Below are positions 1 to 10,665 of a stretch of DNA of 60,820 bases, piece after piece. Under the pieces are notes generated by a model. That model was not told the DNA's origin, did not search any database, and saw only the letters and a list, made by a program, of their open reading frames with translations. The position numbers were made by a program, and so were the translations under genes. Location: NCBI GenBank assembly GCA_013416795.1, contig RQSC01000026.1, positions 601,607 to 662,426 of the forward strand. Direction: 5' to 3'. The stretch's first letter is position 1. Every line of letters starts with the position of its first letter. The stretch comes from Prasinococcaceae sp. CCMP 1430. Its lineage: Eukaryota > Plantae > Prasinodermophyta.

Positions 1-762
1 GCGGCGGCGGGCGCGCCGCGGCGGCGGCGCGGGGCGCGCTCGGCGCCGCGCGCGATGGCGGGCGAGCGCATGCAGGCGCAGGAGTTCCTGCGCGAGCGCA
101 TGAAGGAGCTGCGCCGCGCGGAGCGCTCGTGGCAGGCTACCGTGCGCGAGGGTAAGGTGCTGGGGCTCACGCCGGACGAGGCTGAGGAGCTCGTCGTCTC
201 CGGCGAGTACACCATGCTCGACGTGCGACCCGCGCGCGAGCGCGAGCGCGCGTACGTCAAGCCGTCGCAGCATGTGCAGATCTTCCAGGAGGACGTGCTG
301 CCGGACGACGCCAACCCGCGCGACAAGCTGAAGGCGGCCTTCACGTACGCCACCAGCACCGCATTCACGGGCGACACCCGCATGCGCGTCAACGAGGACT
401 TTTACGACGAGGTGACGGCGGCGGTGCCGAAGGACCAGCCCGTGCTCGTCGTGTGTCAGTCCGGCCAGCGCTCGCTCTGCGCGACGGACGTGCTTCGCGT
501 GTACGGCTACAAAAAGATTGCGTGGGTGAAGGGAGGCCTCAACGCGTGCAAGGGCGGGAACTTCGAGCGCGGCTCGCTGTCGGTGGAGCTGGGCGAGGAT
601 TGCGAGGGGCTCAAGTTCGCGGGGATCGCGGGGCTCAGCAAGGCGCTCGGTTCGACCGAGGTGCAGCGCGCCGAGCCAGGGGGCAACATCAAGTACTACG
701 CCAAAATCGCCGCGCTCTTTGTTGGCTTCGACCTCGTGGTGTACCTCTCCTCGCTCTTCTAG
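1..762 (+). CDS. Rhodanese-like domain protein, probably plastid-targeted (5' end runs off the window)
   Basis: ORF 55..762 has LDVRP..E...AYV and VCQSGQRS (active-site Cys loop) plus a hydrophobic C-terminal helix. Bases 1-54 are open in frame and Ala/Arg-rich, like a transit peptide. Confidence 0.85.
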   Translation, partial: AAAGAPRRRRGARSAPRAMAGERMQAQEFLRERMKELRRAERSWQATVREGKVLGLTPDEAEELVVSGEYTMLDVRPARERERAYVKPSQHVQIFQEDVLPDDANPRDKLKAAFTYATSTAFTGDTRMRVNEDFYDEVTAAVPKDQPVLVVCQSGQRSLCATDVLRVYGYKKIAWVKGGLNACKGGNFERGSLSVELGEDCEGLKFAGIAGLSKALGSTEVQRAEPGGNIKYYAKIAALFVGFDLVVYLSSLF

Positions 763-898
763 CTCTTTAATACGGCGACGGTCGCTCGCGTGTGGTGGCC
801 GTGTACACAGAGGGGTTTATTTTTATGGTACAGCGTCGCGCCGCACGCCCCCGCCGCCGCGCCGCGGCGTTCCCCCCGCCGGAACGCCGCGAGAGCCC

Positions 899-3579
899 TC
901 AGCCCTTGGGGCGCATGGCCTCCCGCTTGGTGAGCGCCTGCTTGTCAAGCAGCGTGGCGCTCGCCGCCTGCTTGTGGTCCACCGGCTGCGCCATGCGCCG
1001 CAGGAAGTCGCGCGCGACGTGCACGGCCATGTCGGTGCTGAGGTTGAGAGTGGCGTCCTTGAGGTGCGTGGTGATCCACGCGGGCATCTTGGAACGCTTG
1101 TCGGTCCGCTGGTAGCGCTTGTCTGCCAGAATCATCATGCCGTAGTCACTACAGTCGGGGGCAGGCGCGAACAGGGTCGTCGGTCAGCGCGCGTTCGATC
1201 GAGGCGGCCCTCGCCGCGTGGCACTCGGCTCGCTCGCATCGGGCGCGCACTCCGCGGCACCACACGCTGGCGAACTCGCACGCGTGGCGAACTCGCACGC
1301 GCGCGCACGCAGACGCACCTCTTGGAGCGGATGACGCGCCCGAGGCACTGCGAGGCCTGCCTGATGGCGTCGAAGGACAAGAAGTCGCCCTCCTTGATCT
1401 GGAACGTGTCGCGCAGGTACTCGAGGCGCGCTCGCAGGATGCGGCTGAGCGTGTACTGGAAGGGCACGCCGTACATCACCACAGCGCGGCCGTAGTGCCT
1501 GTCGAAGTCGATGCCCTCGGCGACCTTGCCGCGCGCAATGGAGAAGAAGACCGCGCCGCGCCCGCAGTCGCACGCGCGCCGGTAGTTCTCGAGTGCCAGC
1601 GACGTCTCCACCACGTCCTGCGTCTCGACGAAGACCAGCTTGTTCCGCATGACCTCTTGCAGGATGCCCATGTCGTCCCACGTGGACACGATCCCCTCCA
1701 TGTACGTGTAACTCACGAAAAAGCACACGATGCCGTCGGGCACCGTCGCAGACAGCTCCACCAGCAGCTTGCCGTAGTTGCGCGCGACGCCTGGGTCGGT
1801 GCGCAGGTCAAAGCGCGTGGATATGGCCATCTGGTCGGCACCACGCGTCACCACCATAGGACACAGGCAGTCACGCGTGAGCGACATCGTCAGCGAGCGC
1901 GCCACCACGGGCGTGAAGCCCAACAGCTTCGGGTACAGGTCGATGGGGCTCAGCGTACCGCTGGTGATCACCACCGACTGAAAGCGGTCGAAGACCGACT
2001 TGATGGCCAGGCTGGCATCCAGGCAGCTCAACTGGATCACAGGGTCGGGAAGCCCAGGCGTGCGCTCGTCGAAGGGCTCGAAAATAATGGCAAAGCCCTG
2101 GTGGTACGTGCCTACGAGCGTCGCAAAGTCGGCGATCGCCTGGACGTGCGTGTACTCTTCGGTGTCGGTGATTTCCAGCGTGCTCATCAGTGAGCCGAGT
2201 CGGTCGTAGCAGAAGCGCAGGGCGCGGGGGTCCATCACGCAACGCTTCTGCAGCGCCTGCACGAACGCCTTTGGCGACTCCGATTCCACCACCTCGGACT
2301 TGAGGCGCTCACGCAGGTACTCAACCAGTCGCTTCAGAAAATTCAGGAAGTGCTCGGCGCGGCGGATGTTGCCCGGCACCGACTCGCGCACGATGTCGGC
2401 GGGCAGTAGCGGGTTCGATAGCACCTCGGCGTCTTGCAGCGGCAGCGAGCCGGGCGCCTGCTGTGCGAGCCCGCGGACGAGCTTCTGGTACTCGTCCTTG
2501 AGGCGCTGCGCGTCGCGCGACTTGGTGGCCTCCACCTGCGACGCGAGCCTCGCCACGTTGCGCTGCGCGCCGTCAACGGTCTGCTGGCGGATGTTGACGC
2601 TCAGCGCCTCGATGCACACGTTGTCGATGTTATGTGCCTCGTCAAACACAACGATGCACTCCTTCTCCAGGTCTCGCGACACCATGCCCGACACCTTGGG
2701 GTCGAGCAGATACTGGTAGTTGTAGACCACCACTGCGCGTTGCGCGCGTGTTGACGCCGAGCGCCCGGCGGGGTCAGCGGGGGCGCGCTTCGGCTTATCA
2801 TTGTCCGCGCGCGCGCGCAGCGCATGCAGCGGCGGCAGAAGGGACGCACCGTTGGCATACGACAGCATGTGTCGAGCGATGAAGTATGGGCACCAGCCCT
2901 TCTGCTTGCCGTACTCGCGCATGTCCGCCAGCGAGTAGACGCCGGGAGGCACGCGCACCTCTGCGCCCTCGCGCTCATAGTTTTCGAATGCGCTGCACAA
3001 CGCAACGCCGTTGCCGCTGTTGATGGTCTTGCATCCCACGGCTCCGCCACCCCCGCCGCCCGCGCCACTGCCGCTGCCGCCCGCGCCGCCGCCGCCGCCG
3101 CCCGACGCACCGCCGCCGTGCGCCCCGCCGACTTCTGCGCTGTCGCGCACCCACGAGGCGGTGAGCCGCCGGCAGCGCGAGTCGACGCTTTCTCTGTCGG
3201 TGGCGGCGCCAGCCAGTACCGACTCGTTTATGCACATGTTGCGCCGCGAGCTCAGCACGAGCGCAAGGAAGTTTTTCGCGCGCTCGCCGAGGTCGTGCGC
3301 GCGCATGGAGTGCAGGTGCTTGAGCTCTGCCATCACCTTCTCCATCTCCGGCACCGTGCGCGTGCAGTATACGAGCTTCCCTACGCCCGGATTGGCCACC
3401 TGGTAGCTCGTGATCAGGCTGAGCAATGTGATCGTCTTGCCCGTGCCCGTGGGCATCTCCAGCAGGCAGTGGCCCTTCGCGTCGAGCGTGCGCTTGAGCT
3501 CGAGCATGTACTCGTACTGCTCTGGGTAGATGTAGTCGTACGGGAAGTACACGTCCATGCCATCGAGGTTGAACTTCAT
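899..3579 (-). CDS. XPD: TFIIH helicase XPD/ERCC2/RAD3, 3 exons (introns 2733-2849 and 1149-1318)
   Basis: MKFNLDGMDVYFPYDYIYPEQY start, EMPTGTGKT Walker A, Fe-S cysteines, FDEAHNID, RGKVAEGIDF. Splicing at GTGCGT..AG restores SYANVVVYNYQY and RSKSDYGMMILADKRY. Confidence 0.97.
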
Positions 3580-4221
3580 GGCGAGCCCGCAGGCGAGGCC
3601 CCGTCCCCCACCTCCTCACCCGCCCTCCCGGCCGGCCGCCGGCCGCCGCGCGCGCTCTGGCGCCGCCCAGCCCCTCCTCCCCAAACCCTCACGCACTCGC
3701 CACGTGTAGCGCCGGACGCCCCGCGGCGACGTCAAAATGCAAGCAAAAAAGTACTCGCCCGTGGTTACGTTTACTCTCGAGGGCAATGCCTCCATCGCAG
3801 CGCACGCCGCCGCGCCGTTGCGTTTTCGTTTTTCGTCCGCGCTGCTTTCGGCCCGAACCGATCGGCCAATCGCAACGTGGGCGACCGCGGCGGCGCTTTT
3901 TCGGGTGGCGTCGCGCGTTTCCGGATCAAATTTCGCCATTCGAAGGACGCGCCGCTGAAACTCTGCGATCTTCCGATTTCCCCCCTTGATGTGTTGGCTA
4001 TTTTCCTGGGGGCGACGCGGCAGAACGAGAGATGGGAAGGTGAAAATGCATGCGCTTCTCAGTTCTTATTACGGATTCGTGCCATTTCGCAACGAGAACA
4101 GGGAATTCACACGTTGAGGGCGGTGGTTTCTGCTTGAGCCACGGGTGCCGCTGAGGGCGGGCGGCGGCTGCTGGGCTCTGTGCGACGGGCACCTCGGGTG
4201 CCCCACACGCGGCGCCCTGCG

Positions 4222-4249
<28 letters not shown>
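4222..4249. repeat. C28 homopolymer
   Basis: Uninterrupted C run upstream of the SET-domain gene. Confidence 0.9.
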
Positions 4250-4252
<3 letters not shown>

Positions 4253-4324
4253 ACGTCGTTCCCTCCCACTTGAAGGGCGCGGCAGGGGGAGCGTGGGCGG
4301 GGAGCTCGGGGGCGCGAGCCGCTC

Positions 4325-5740
4325 GTGCCTTGCTGGCGCAGGCGGGGCGTGCGCGGGTGGCGCCGCCCGCGGTTGTCGCCCGACATCTTGAGTGTGTGTG
4401 TGGATCTGCGCGCGCGGGACGCGCCCGCGGCGGTCCCGGGCGTGGGACCTGATGGCGCGCCCGTGCTGTTGGCCGCGCGCGCCATCAAGAAGGGCGAGGC
4501 GGTCGTGTCACTGCCCGAGGCTTCGCTGTTGACGCGTGCGTCGGCGGAGGCGTCGCCGCGCATCGGCGCCGCGCTGCGCACCGCGGGGGACACCAAGGAC
4601 TGGGTGGCGCTGGCGCTCTACCTCATCGACGAGAGCGCGGCGGGGACCTCGTCGGAACTCGCGCCGTGGCTCGCGGCGCTCCCCGCGGCGGGCGAGGGAT
4701 CGCTCGACCTGCCCATGTTCTGGGACGACGACGAGCTGTCGCACCTGCAGGGCACGCAGCTGCTGGAGCGCGCTGTGGGGTACAGGGAGTACCTCGCGTA
4801 CGAGTATGGGGAACTCTCGGAGGGCCTGTTCTCGGACTTCCCGGACGTGTTCGACCCCAGCGTGTTTACGGCCGACGCCCTCGCGTGGGCGTTTGGCGTG
4901 CTGCGCTCGCGCTCGCACCCGCCTCTCACCGGTGCGGAGCTCGCGCTCGCCCCTGGCGCCGACGTCGCGCGCTTTTCCGAGGGCTCGCAGGCCCGCTGGG
5001 CGCTGCGCGGCTTCGGGCCGCTCGGACTTGGCGGCGGAAAGGCGTTGGAGCTAGTGGCCGACCGGGCGTACGCCGAAGGCGAGGAGATCACCATGGCGTA
5101 CGGTGCCGAGGAGGCCAGCGGCACGGATCTCGCTCTCGACTACGGCATCTACGGCGGCCGCGCCGCCGAGGGCTACGCCCTCAGCCTGGCCATCCCGGAG
5201 GACGACGTCAACTACGACGACAAGGCGGACGTGGCGGAGCTCAACGGGCTGGGCGTGTCACAAACGTTTCTGTGCAGGGCCGGCGGCGAGATGGGTCTCG
5301 ACCCCGACTTCCTGCCTTACATGCGGCTAGCCAACTGCTCGGGCACGGATGCCTTCCACCTGGAGTCGCTCTTCCGCAACGAGGCGTGGGACCACATGCG
5401 CGTGCCGCTCTCGGAAGAGAGCGAGGCTGCGGTGTGCAAGACGATGATCGAGGGCTGTGATGCTGTGCTGGCAGGTACAGAATCGTTCCGCTCGGAGGAC
5501 CGCGCCGTGTGTCGGGAGGGATTGGCGGGAGGGCACGCCCCGCGGCGGCTGCTGGCAGCACTGCAGCGCGAGGGCGAGCGGCGCGCTCTTGCCGGGCTGA
5601 GGGACGCCTTCGCGGCGCGGCAGGAGGCGCTGCCTACGCTCGAGTACTACGCGACGTGGCGCCTGAAGAGCCTCTCGCTCATTGACGAGGACGGCGAGAG
5701 CACGTATAGCGGCAACTACGATTCGTCCGGCATTTGGTGA
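4325..5740 (+). CDS. SET-domain protein lysine methyltransferase, Rubisco LSMT-like (true start unresolved)
   Basis: LLAARAIKKGE, LPMFWDDDELSHLQGT, WAFGVLRSR, GEEITMAYG, LALDYG, and an LSMT substrate-binding-type C-terminus (FHLESLFRNEAWDHM...LEYY). No clear ATG or transit peptide upstream. Confidence 0.85.
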   Translation: MPCWRRRGVRGWRRPRLSPDILSVCVDLRARDAPAAVPGVGPDGAPVLLAARAIKKGEAVVSLPEASLLTRASAEASPRIGAALRTAGDTKDWVALALYLIDESAAGTSSELAPWLAALPAAGEGSLDLPMFWDDDELSHLQGTQLLERAVGYREYLAYEYGELSEGLFSDFPDVFDPSVFTADALAWAFGVLRSRSHPPLTGAELALAPGADVARFSEGSQARWALRGFGPLGLGGGKALELVADRAYAEGEEITMAYGAEEASGTDLALDYGIYGGRAAEGYALSLAIPEDDVNYDDKADVAELNGLGVSQTFLCRAGGEMGLDPDFLPYMRLANCSGTDAFHLESLFRNEAWDHMRVPLSEESEAAVCKTMIEGCDAVLAGTESFRSEDRAVCREGLAGGHAPRRLLAALQREGERRALAGLRDAFAARQEALPTLEYYATWRLKSLSLIDEDGESTYSGNYDSSGIW

Positions 5741-5756
5741 AGCGCGGCCGAGCCCT

Positions 5757-5761
5757 TGTAA
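5757..5761 (+). promoter_or_regulatory. TGTAA chlorophyte-type polyadenylation signal (SET gene)
   Basis: TGTAA 17 nt after the stop at 5740. Similar motifs follow FtsH (56501-56505 +), the dynein light chain (14722-14726 -) and Pmp copy B (47949-47953 -). Confidence 0.55.
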
Positions 5762-5791
5762 CAAGCGATTTTACAGTGTACACACAGTGCG

Positions 5792-6249
5792 TCACAGCAG
5801 GCCGTTGGATGCCATGAAGCCCAGCGTGAGGAAAGTCAGCACGACGGTTGCCTGTCCGATTAGCTTCAGTGTCGGGGTCAACATGTCGCGCGATGCGTCC
5901 TTTGCGCGCAGCACAAACAATCACACGGGGCCACATGCGAGCGAAGAAGGGGTATCACGTCAGCACGTACACAGCGCGCCCACGCCCTGACGCGCGAGCG
6001 CGGCCGGGGAGAGAGCGCGAGCGAGCGTGCGACGGACGAGCTGCGAGCTGCAAACGAGCCGCGCATCTCGCACCTCGGGGCGCAAAGGTGACGTCACCAT
6101 TCCTTTGTAGTACGCACTCCCCCGCTCGGCCTGGCCGGGGGCATCACCCCCAGCCGCGTCGGTCTCGTCCCCGCTTGCGCCTTCTGCGCGCGCCTCGTCG
6201 CCACCGCCCTGTGCCGCAGCCGGCCGGCCGCGCGGCGCCGCTGGCCGCC
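5792..6249 (-). CDS. Small unknown protein with C-terminal transmembrane helix, 2 visible exons (intron 5900-6073; 5' end in gap)
   Basis: Spliced product reads ...GQAERGSAYYKGMVTSPLRPE|DASRDMLTPTLKLIGQATVVLTFLTLGFMASNGLL*. GTGCGA donor and AAG acceptor join in phase 0, and TGTAA lies on the minus strand at 5771-5775. Confidence 0.75.
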
Positions 6250-6502
6250 NNNNNNNNNNNNNNNNNNNNNNNNNNNNNNNNNNNNNNNNNNNNNNNNNNN
6301 NNNNNNNNNNNNNNNNNNNNNNNNNNNNNNNNNNNNNNNNNNNNNNNNNNNNNNNNNNNNNNNNNNNNNNNNNNNNNNNNNNNNNNNNNNNNNNNNNNNN
6401 NNNNNNNNNNNNNNNNNNNNNNNNNNNNNNNNNNNNNNNNNNNNNNNNNNNNNNNNNNNNNNNNNNNNNNNNNNNNNNNNNNNNNNNNNNNNNNNNNNNN
6501 NN

Positions 6503-8963
6503 GGCCGCGCTCGCCGGCGCGGCCGCGGGCGCAGCGCTCACGCTGGCGGGGCAGGCGCTGCTCGCGTGGGTGCTGCTCGCGGGCTTCTGCGTCAGGGCCA
6601 AAGAGGCCCGGGGTGAGGAGGCGAACACTGCCGCAGAGAACGCACTCGCGCGCGCACCGGGCGAGCTGTTCGCCGACCGGGCGGGCGACACCCTCGAGGG
6701 CGAGCTCGCGGTCATCCCTGAGGGCGGATGGGCCGTGTCTGCGGAGAGCGGCGGCAGCAACAGCAACGGAAGCAGCAACAAGCACGAGCGCGCGGCCGTG
6801 GGGGCGTCTGTGGAGGGCGGTGTGCTTTTGCTGAGGCCTCCGAGCGTCGCCAGCAAGAGCCGCGTCGGGACCCCGTCCAAGCAGGCCGGCACTTCTGGCG
6901 ACGCAGTGGGCGCGCAGGTACAGCAGCAGGCTGCCTTCGGTGCCTTGCCACTAGATGGCTGCAAGGTGAGCTTACCTGAGTCTCGCACATGGTCACCCGC
7001 GACACCCATACGAGTGGAGCACCCAGAGAGGACCCTCTTGGCGGGTGCGCGCGCGTTGCTCATTTACGCGCCGACGCCTCCGGCGAAGGAGCGATGGTAC
7101 CTGTCGCTGTCTCTTGCGGCGGGTGGCGACCCTGCCGTTGCGGAGCACGAGGTTCTGCTTGACGAGTATGGCGCGTACTTTGGCCATGTGCGCGCCATGT
7201 GGCGGACGCTCGCGGGCGCTAGCGAGGGATCAGCGCCGCTGAGCGACTCCATGTTTGCCAATCCCCTCCTCGCGCGCGTCTTCTTTGACCTGCGACGATC
7301 GCCAGCCGTGATCCAGCGCATCACGGACAAGCTCAACGAGCAGCTGGCCAAGCTCGACACTCCGGCATTCGTGGACGCGCTCGAGTGCACGGGAGTCGAT
7401 CTCGGCGCCGCGCCGCCCGTCATCACGGGCATGCATGCCGTGGACGTCGCGCCGGACGGCAGCTGCATGGCCGAAATGAGCGTCAAGTACCTGCCGCCGC
7501 GCGGTGCCCACGCGCGCGTGACGCTGTCCACTTGCCTCAACCCACGCGCTTCCGTCGACAGCGCCGTCGACGGCATCGAGTCTGCCGCGGGACGCAGGAT
7601 CGCGCACTACTTTTTTGCACTCGAGAATGTGAAGTCGGTGCTGCGTGAGGTGCATTCTCGCGCGCGATCGGCGCCGCTGTCGCTCGAGGTGCACGCGTAC
7701 GCGCTGGAGGGGCGGTTGCGGTTACGAGTCGGGCCGCCGCCCACCAACCAGCTCTGGATATCCTTCGTCGACGAGCCTCGCCTGGCCTTGGACGCCATCC
7801 CGACGGTCGGCGACACCTCCATTCGCGCGAGCCCGCTCTGCAAGTGGATAGTGGGTCGTATCAAGGAGGAGGTCATGGAGTCCATGCTGGCACCGGCGGA
7901 GGACGACTTCGAGGTAGAGGGCATGCTTGGTTTCGGAGATCAACAGGCAGCCGGGGTTGGCAGCGCCGCTGACCTGCTGCGCGGCGCACGCTCGGAGCTT
8001 CCGACGCGCCGCCGCTGGAGTGTGCGCTCAGCTGAGCTCAGCGTGGACACATCGGATGTGGGGCCCGCGTCCGAGGACGACTTCACCACGGATGATGGCG
8101 CGCTTGCTTCACCCTTGTCGTCGGACTCGCGCACGCGCCTTGAACGCATGGCGGACTCTGCAGAGGCCGCGCTGGAGCAGCTTGTGGCGCCGATCGAAAA
8201 GATGGTGTCGTCGCACTCCCTGAGTGAGACACCCTCGAAGGACGAGCTCGGCTCTTCGTCTTCGAAGGACGAGCTCGGTGGATGTTCGCCGGCGACCCAG
8301 GAGGCGGCCGAGGACAGCTCGAAGGCGGCACGGGCCCCATCGCCGGCTGTTCCCACTCCAACTCCGAGCGACGTGGCCACGCGGCCTACCTCGGACCTAA
8401 CTGAGCCCGCAGAGCAGGAGGCGCCTCGCGAGCCACCGCGGCAGGAGCAAGCGCCGCAGCAGCGCACGTCTCAGGAGGAAGTGCCCAGCGGCTCGCAAAG
8501 CGAAACTGTGCGAAAGGCTGCGAGCGGCAGCGCGCCACAGAGCGTATCGCCCCAGTCGCTCGCGGCGAAATTCGGCACCGCCATGCGAAAAGCGGCAGAG
8601 ACGATCGACAAGCAGACGGCAGCGCGCTACTCGGCCGACCGCAAGCCTGCGGCCGCCGAGGAAATTGGTGAGAAGATCTTTGCAGGTGCTGCTTCGTTCT
8701 TCGCCAAGGCTGCCGAGGCTGCCGAGGACGACGGCTCTGCCACGAACAAGGCTATGAAGGGCCTGGGTGGCATCCTCAACTCCCTCGACATCGGTGGCGA
8801 TGGCCTCGGTGGCGGCAGAGCGCCTGTTGGTCAGCCGCGGCCTTCGGGCGTGACCATCGAGGAACTCGACGACGGCGAGGGCGCGGGCGAGGCGGGAACG
8901 GCGCCGGCCTTGCCCAAGGTGCCTTCGGGCCTGCTCTCGCAGGCGCCCATGCAGCGTGACTAG
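6503..8963 (+). CDS. PH + SMP (TULIP) lipid-transfer protein, TEX2/Nvj2-like (5' end in gap)
   Basis: N-terminal TM segment, PH-like region ending PPAKERWYLSL, and SMP motifs FANPLLARVFFD, VDLGAAPPVI, LEGRLRLRVGPPPTNQLWISF. Disordered C-terminus. Confidence 0.85.
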
Positions 8964-9179
8964 GCCGGGGCGGGCGCCTCCCCTCGTGGGCACGCGCGCC
9001 TTCCGACGTTCACTCGACATCGCGCGCGCGCCTGCCCCGGTGTCCCCTCACATCGCTGCCATTGGCTCGCAATTGACTGTACAAAACACCATGTGCACTA
9101 CGTACTCGGTTTCCCGACCTGATGAGCGCTCGTCGGCAAGTGCCCTCATCACCTCGCCTCCCCTCGCGCCCGCGGGCGC

Positions 9180-9256
9180 GCCATCACTTCGCATGCGGTC
9201 GCGGGCACCCGCCATCACTTCGCATGCGGTCGCGGGCGCCCGCCATCACTTCGCAC
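9180..9256. repeat. 31-bp tandem repeat, about 2.5 copies (GCCATCACTTCGCATGCGGTCGCGGGCRCCC)
   Basis: Units start at 9180, 9211 and 9242; a degenerate copy lies near 9145. Confidence 0.85.
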
Positions 9257-9558
9257 TCCGCGCGCCCCGCGGCCACACGCGCGGCCACGTCGCCACGCGC
9301 GCGCCCNNNNNNNNNNNNNNNNNNNNNNNNNNNNNNNNNNNNNNNNNNNNNNNNNNNNNNNNNNNNNNNNNNNNNNNNNNNNNNNNNNNNNNNNNNNNNN
9401 NNNNNNNNNNNNNNNNNNNNNNNNNNNNNNNNNNNNNNNNNNNNNNNNNNNNNNNNNNNNNNNNNNNNNNNNNNNNNNNNNNNNNNNNNNNNNNNNNNNN
9501 NNNNNNNNNNNNNNNNNNNNNNNNNNNNNNNNNNNNNNNNNNNNNNNNNNNNNNNNNN

Positions 9559-10405
9559 GCCGCCGGCGGACGCCGGGCCGCACGGGGACGCGCGCAGGGG
9601 GGCCGCAAAGGCCGCGGCTGTGGCGGCCGGTGGGCTGGCGCTCTTCGCACCGCTTCTCGTCGCCGCGCCGGCGCTTGCAGCGGAGGGCGCGCCCGCGGTT
9701 CTCCTCACCTCGCTGCAGTCCATCATCGACGCACTGCAGGCCCAGCCCCTGCATGAGACCGTGCCGCTGTACGTGGCGTTCGTGATGGCCACCGAGCTCA
9801 TCCCGCTGCTGCCCACGCAGCCGGTCTCGCTCACCGCCGGCCTGCTGTTCGGTGCCAAGGCCGGGGCCGCGGCGGTGTGGTGTGGCAACATGGGCGCGGG
9901 CACGATTGCCTTCTTCCTGAGCAAGGCGAATGGGCCGCGTTTGGCAAAGTTCATTGAGCGGCTCGAGGGCAAGGGGGGTAAGGGCAACGAGGCTGACGCC
10001 GAGAACGCGGATGAGGAGGTCAACTCGCTCACGGACCGTGTTGCGCGGGGGGGCTTCGGGCAGCAGCTCACCGGCGTTTTCCTCTTCCGCCTGACGCCGC
10101 ACCCCTTCTCGCTGTCGAACTACCTGCTTGGCCTCACGGGCGTGGGCTACCCGGCGTACCTTCTGGGCACCATGGCAGGCATGGCGCCGTGGGCGGCGTT
10201 CTACGCGTTCGTGGGCGCGTCCGGCCGGAACCTCTTGTTGGCGGGGGACGACCTCGGCTCGATCTTCGCCGCGCTCGCCGCTGACCTCGACGGGCCGCTG
10301 CGCGCCACGGGCCAGGTGACAATGGTCGCGCTCGGTTGCGCGGGCCTGTACGTGCTCGCCCGCAAGATAACGGAGCGCGCCGCCGCCGCCGAGCAAGATG
10401 CCTAG
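9559..10405 (+). CDS. TVP38/TMEM64 (VTT/DedA, SNARE-associated) membrane protein (5' end in gap)
   Basis: LIPLLPTQPVSLTAGLLFG, LFRLTPHPFSLSNYLLGLT and YLLGTMAGMAPW match the VTT domain pattern. Confidence 0.88.
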
Positions 10406-10665
10406 AGGAACCCCGCACGCGGTCTCCTCGCTCCCATCTGGCACCGTTTGCGCGCACTCGCGCGCGCTGTACACTATCATTTTCTGTCCGTAATTGAACG
10501 CCTCGAGCTTGTTGTGAATGGTGGTTCCCCTCGCAACCAGGGTCCGCAACCAAGGTCCGCGCGCGAACGTGCCCAGCGAGGCGCGCTTGTGCGCGCGCCG
10601 GCGACGGTAGTGACAGAAAGAATTGTGTAGATACATGGCCGCGAGAGCGCGGCGGTGGGCGCGGC

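Noticed and set aside
8235-8280. Short duplication (SKDELG twice) in the SMP gene
   Set aside because: An in-frame microduplication in a disordered tail; an internal KDEL is not a retention signal.
9180-9256. Repeats of CRISPR-like length (31 bp here; 50 bp at 23128)
   Set aside because: The units are directly adjacent with no unique spacers, there are no cas genes, and the context is eukaryotic.
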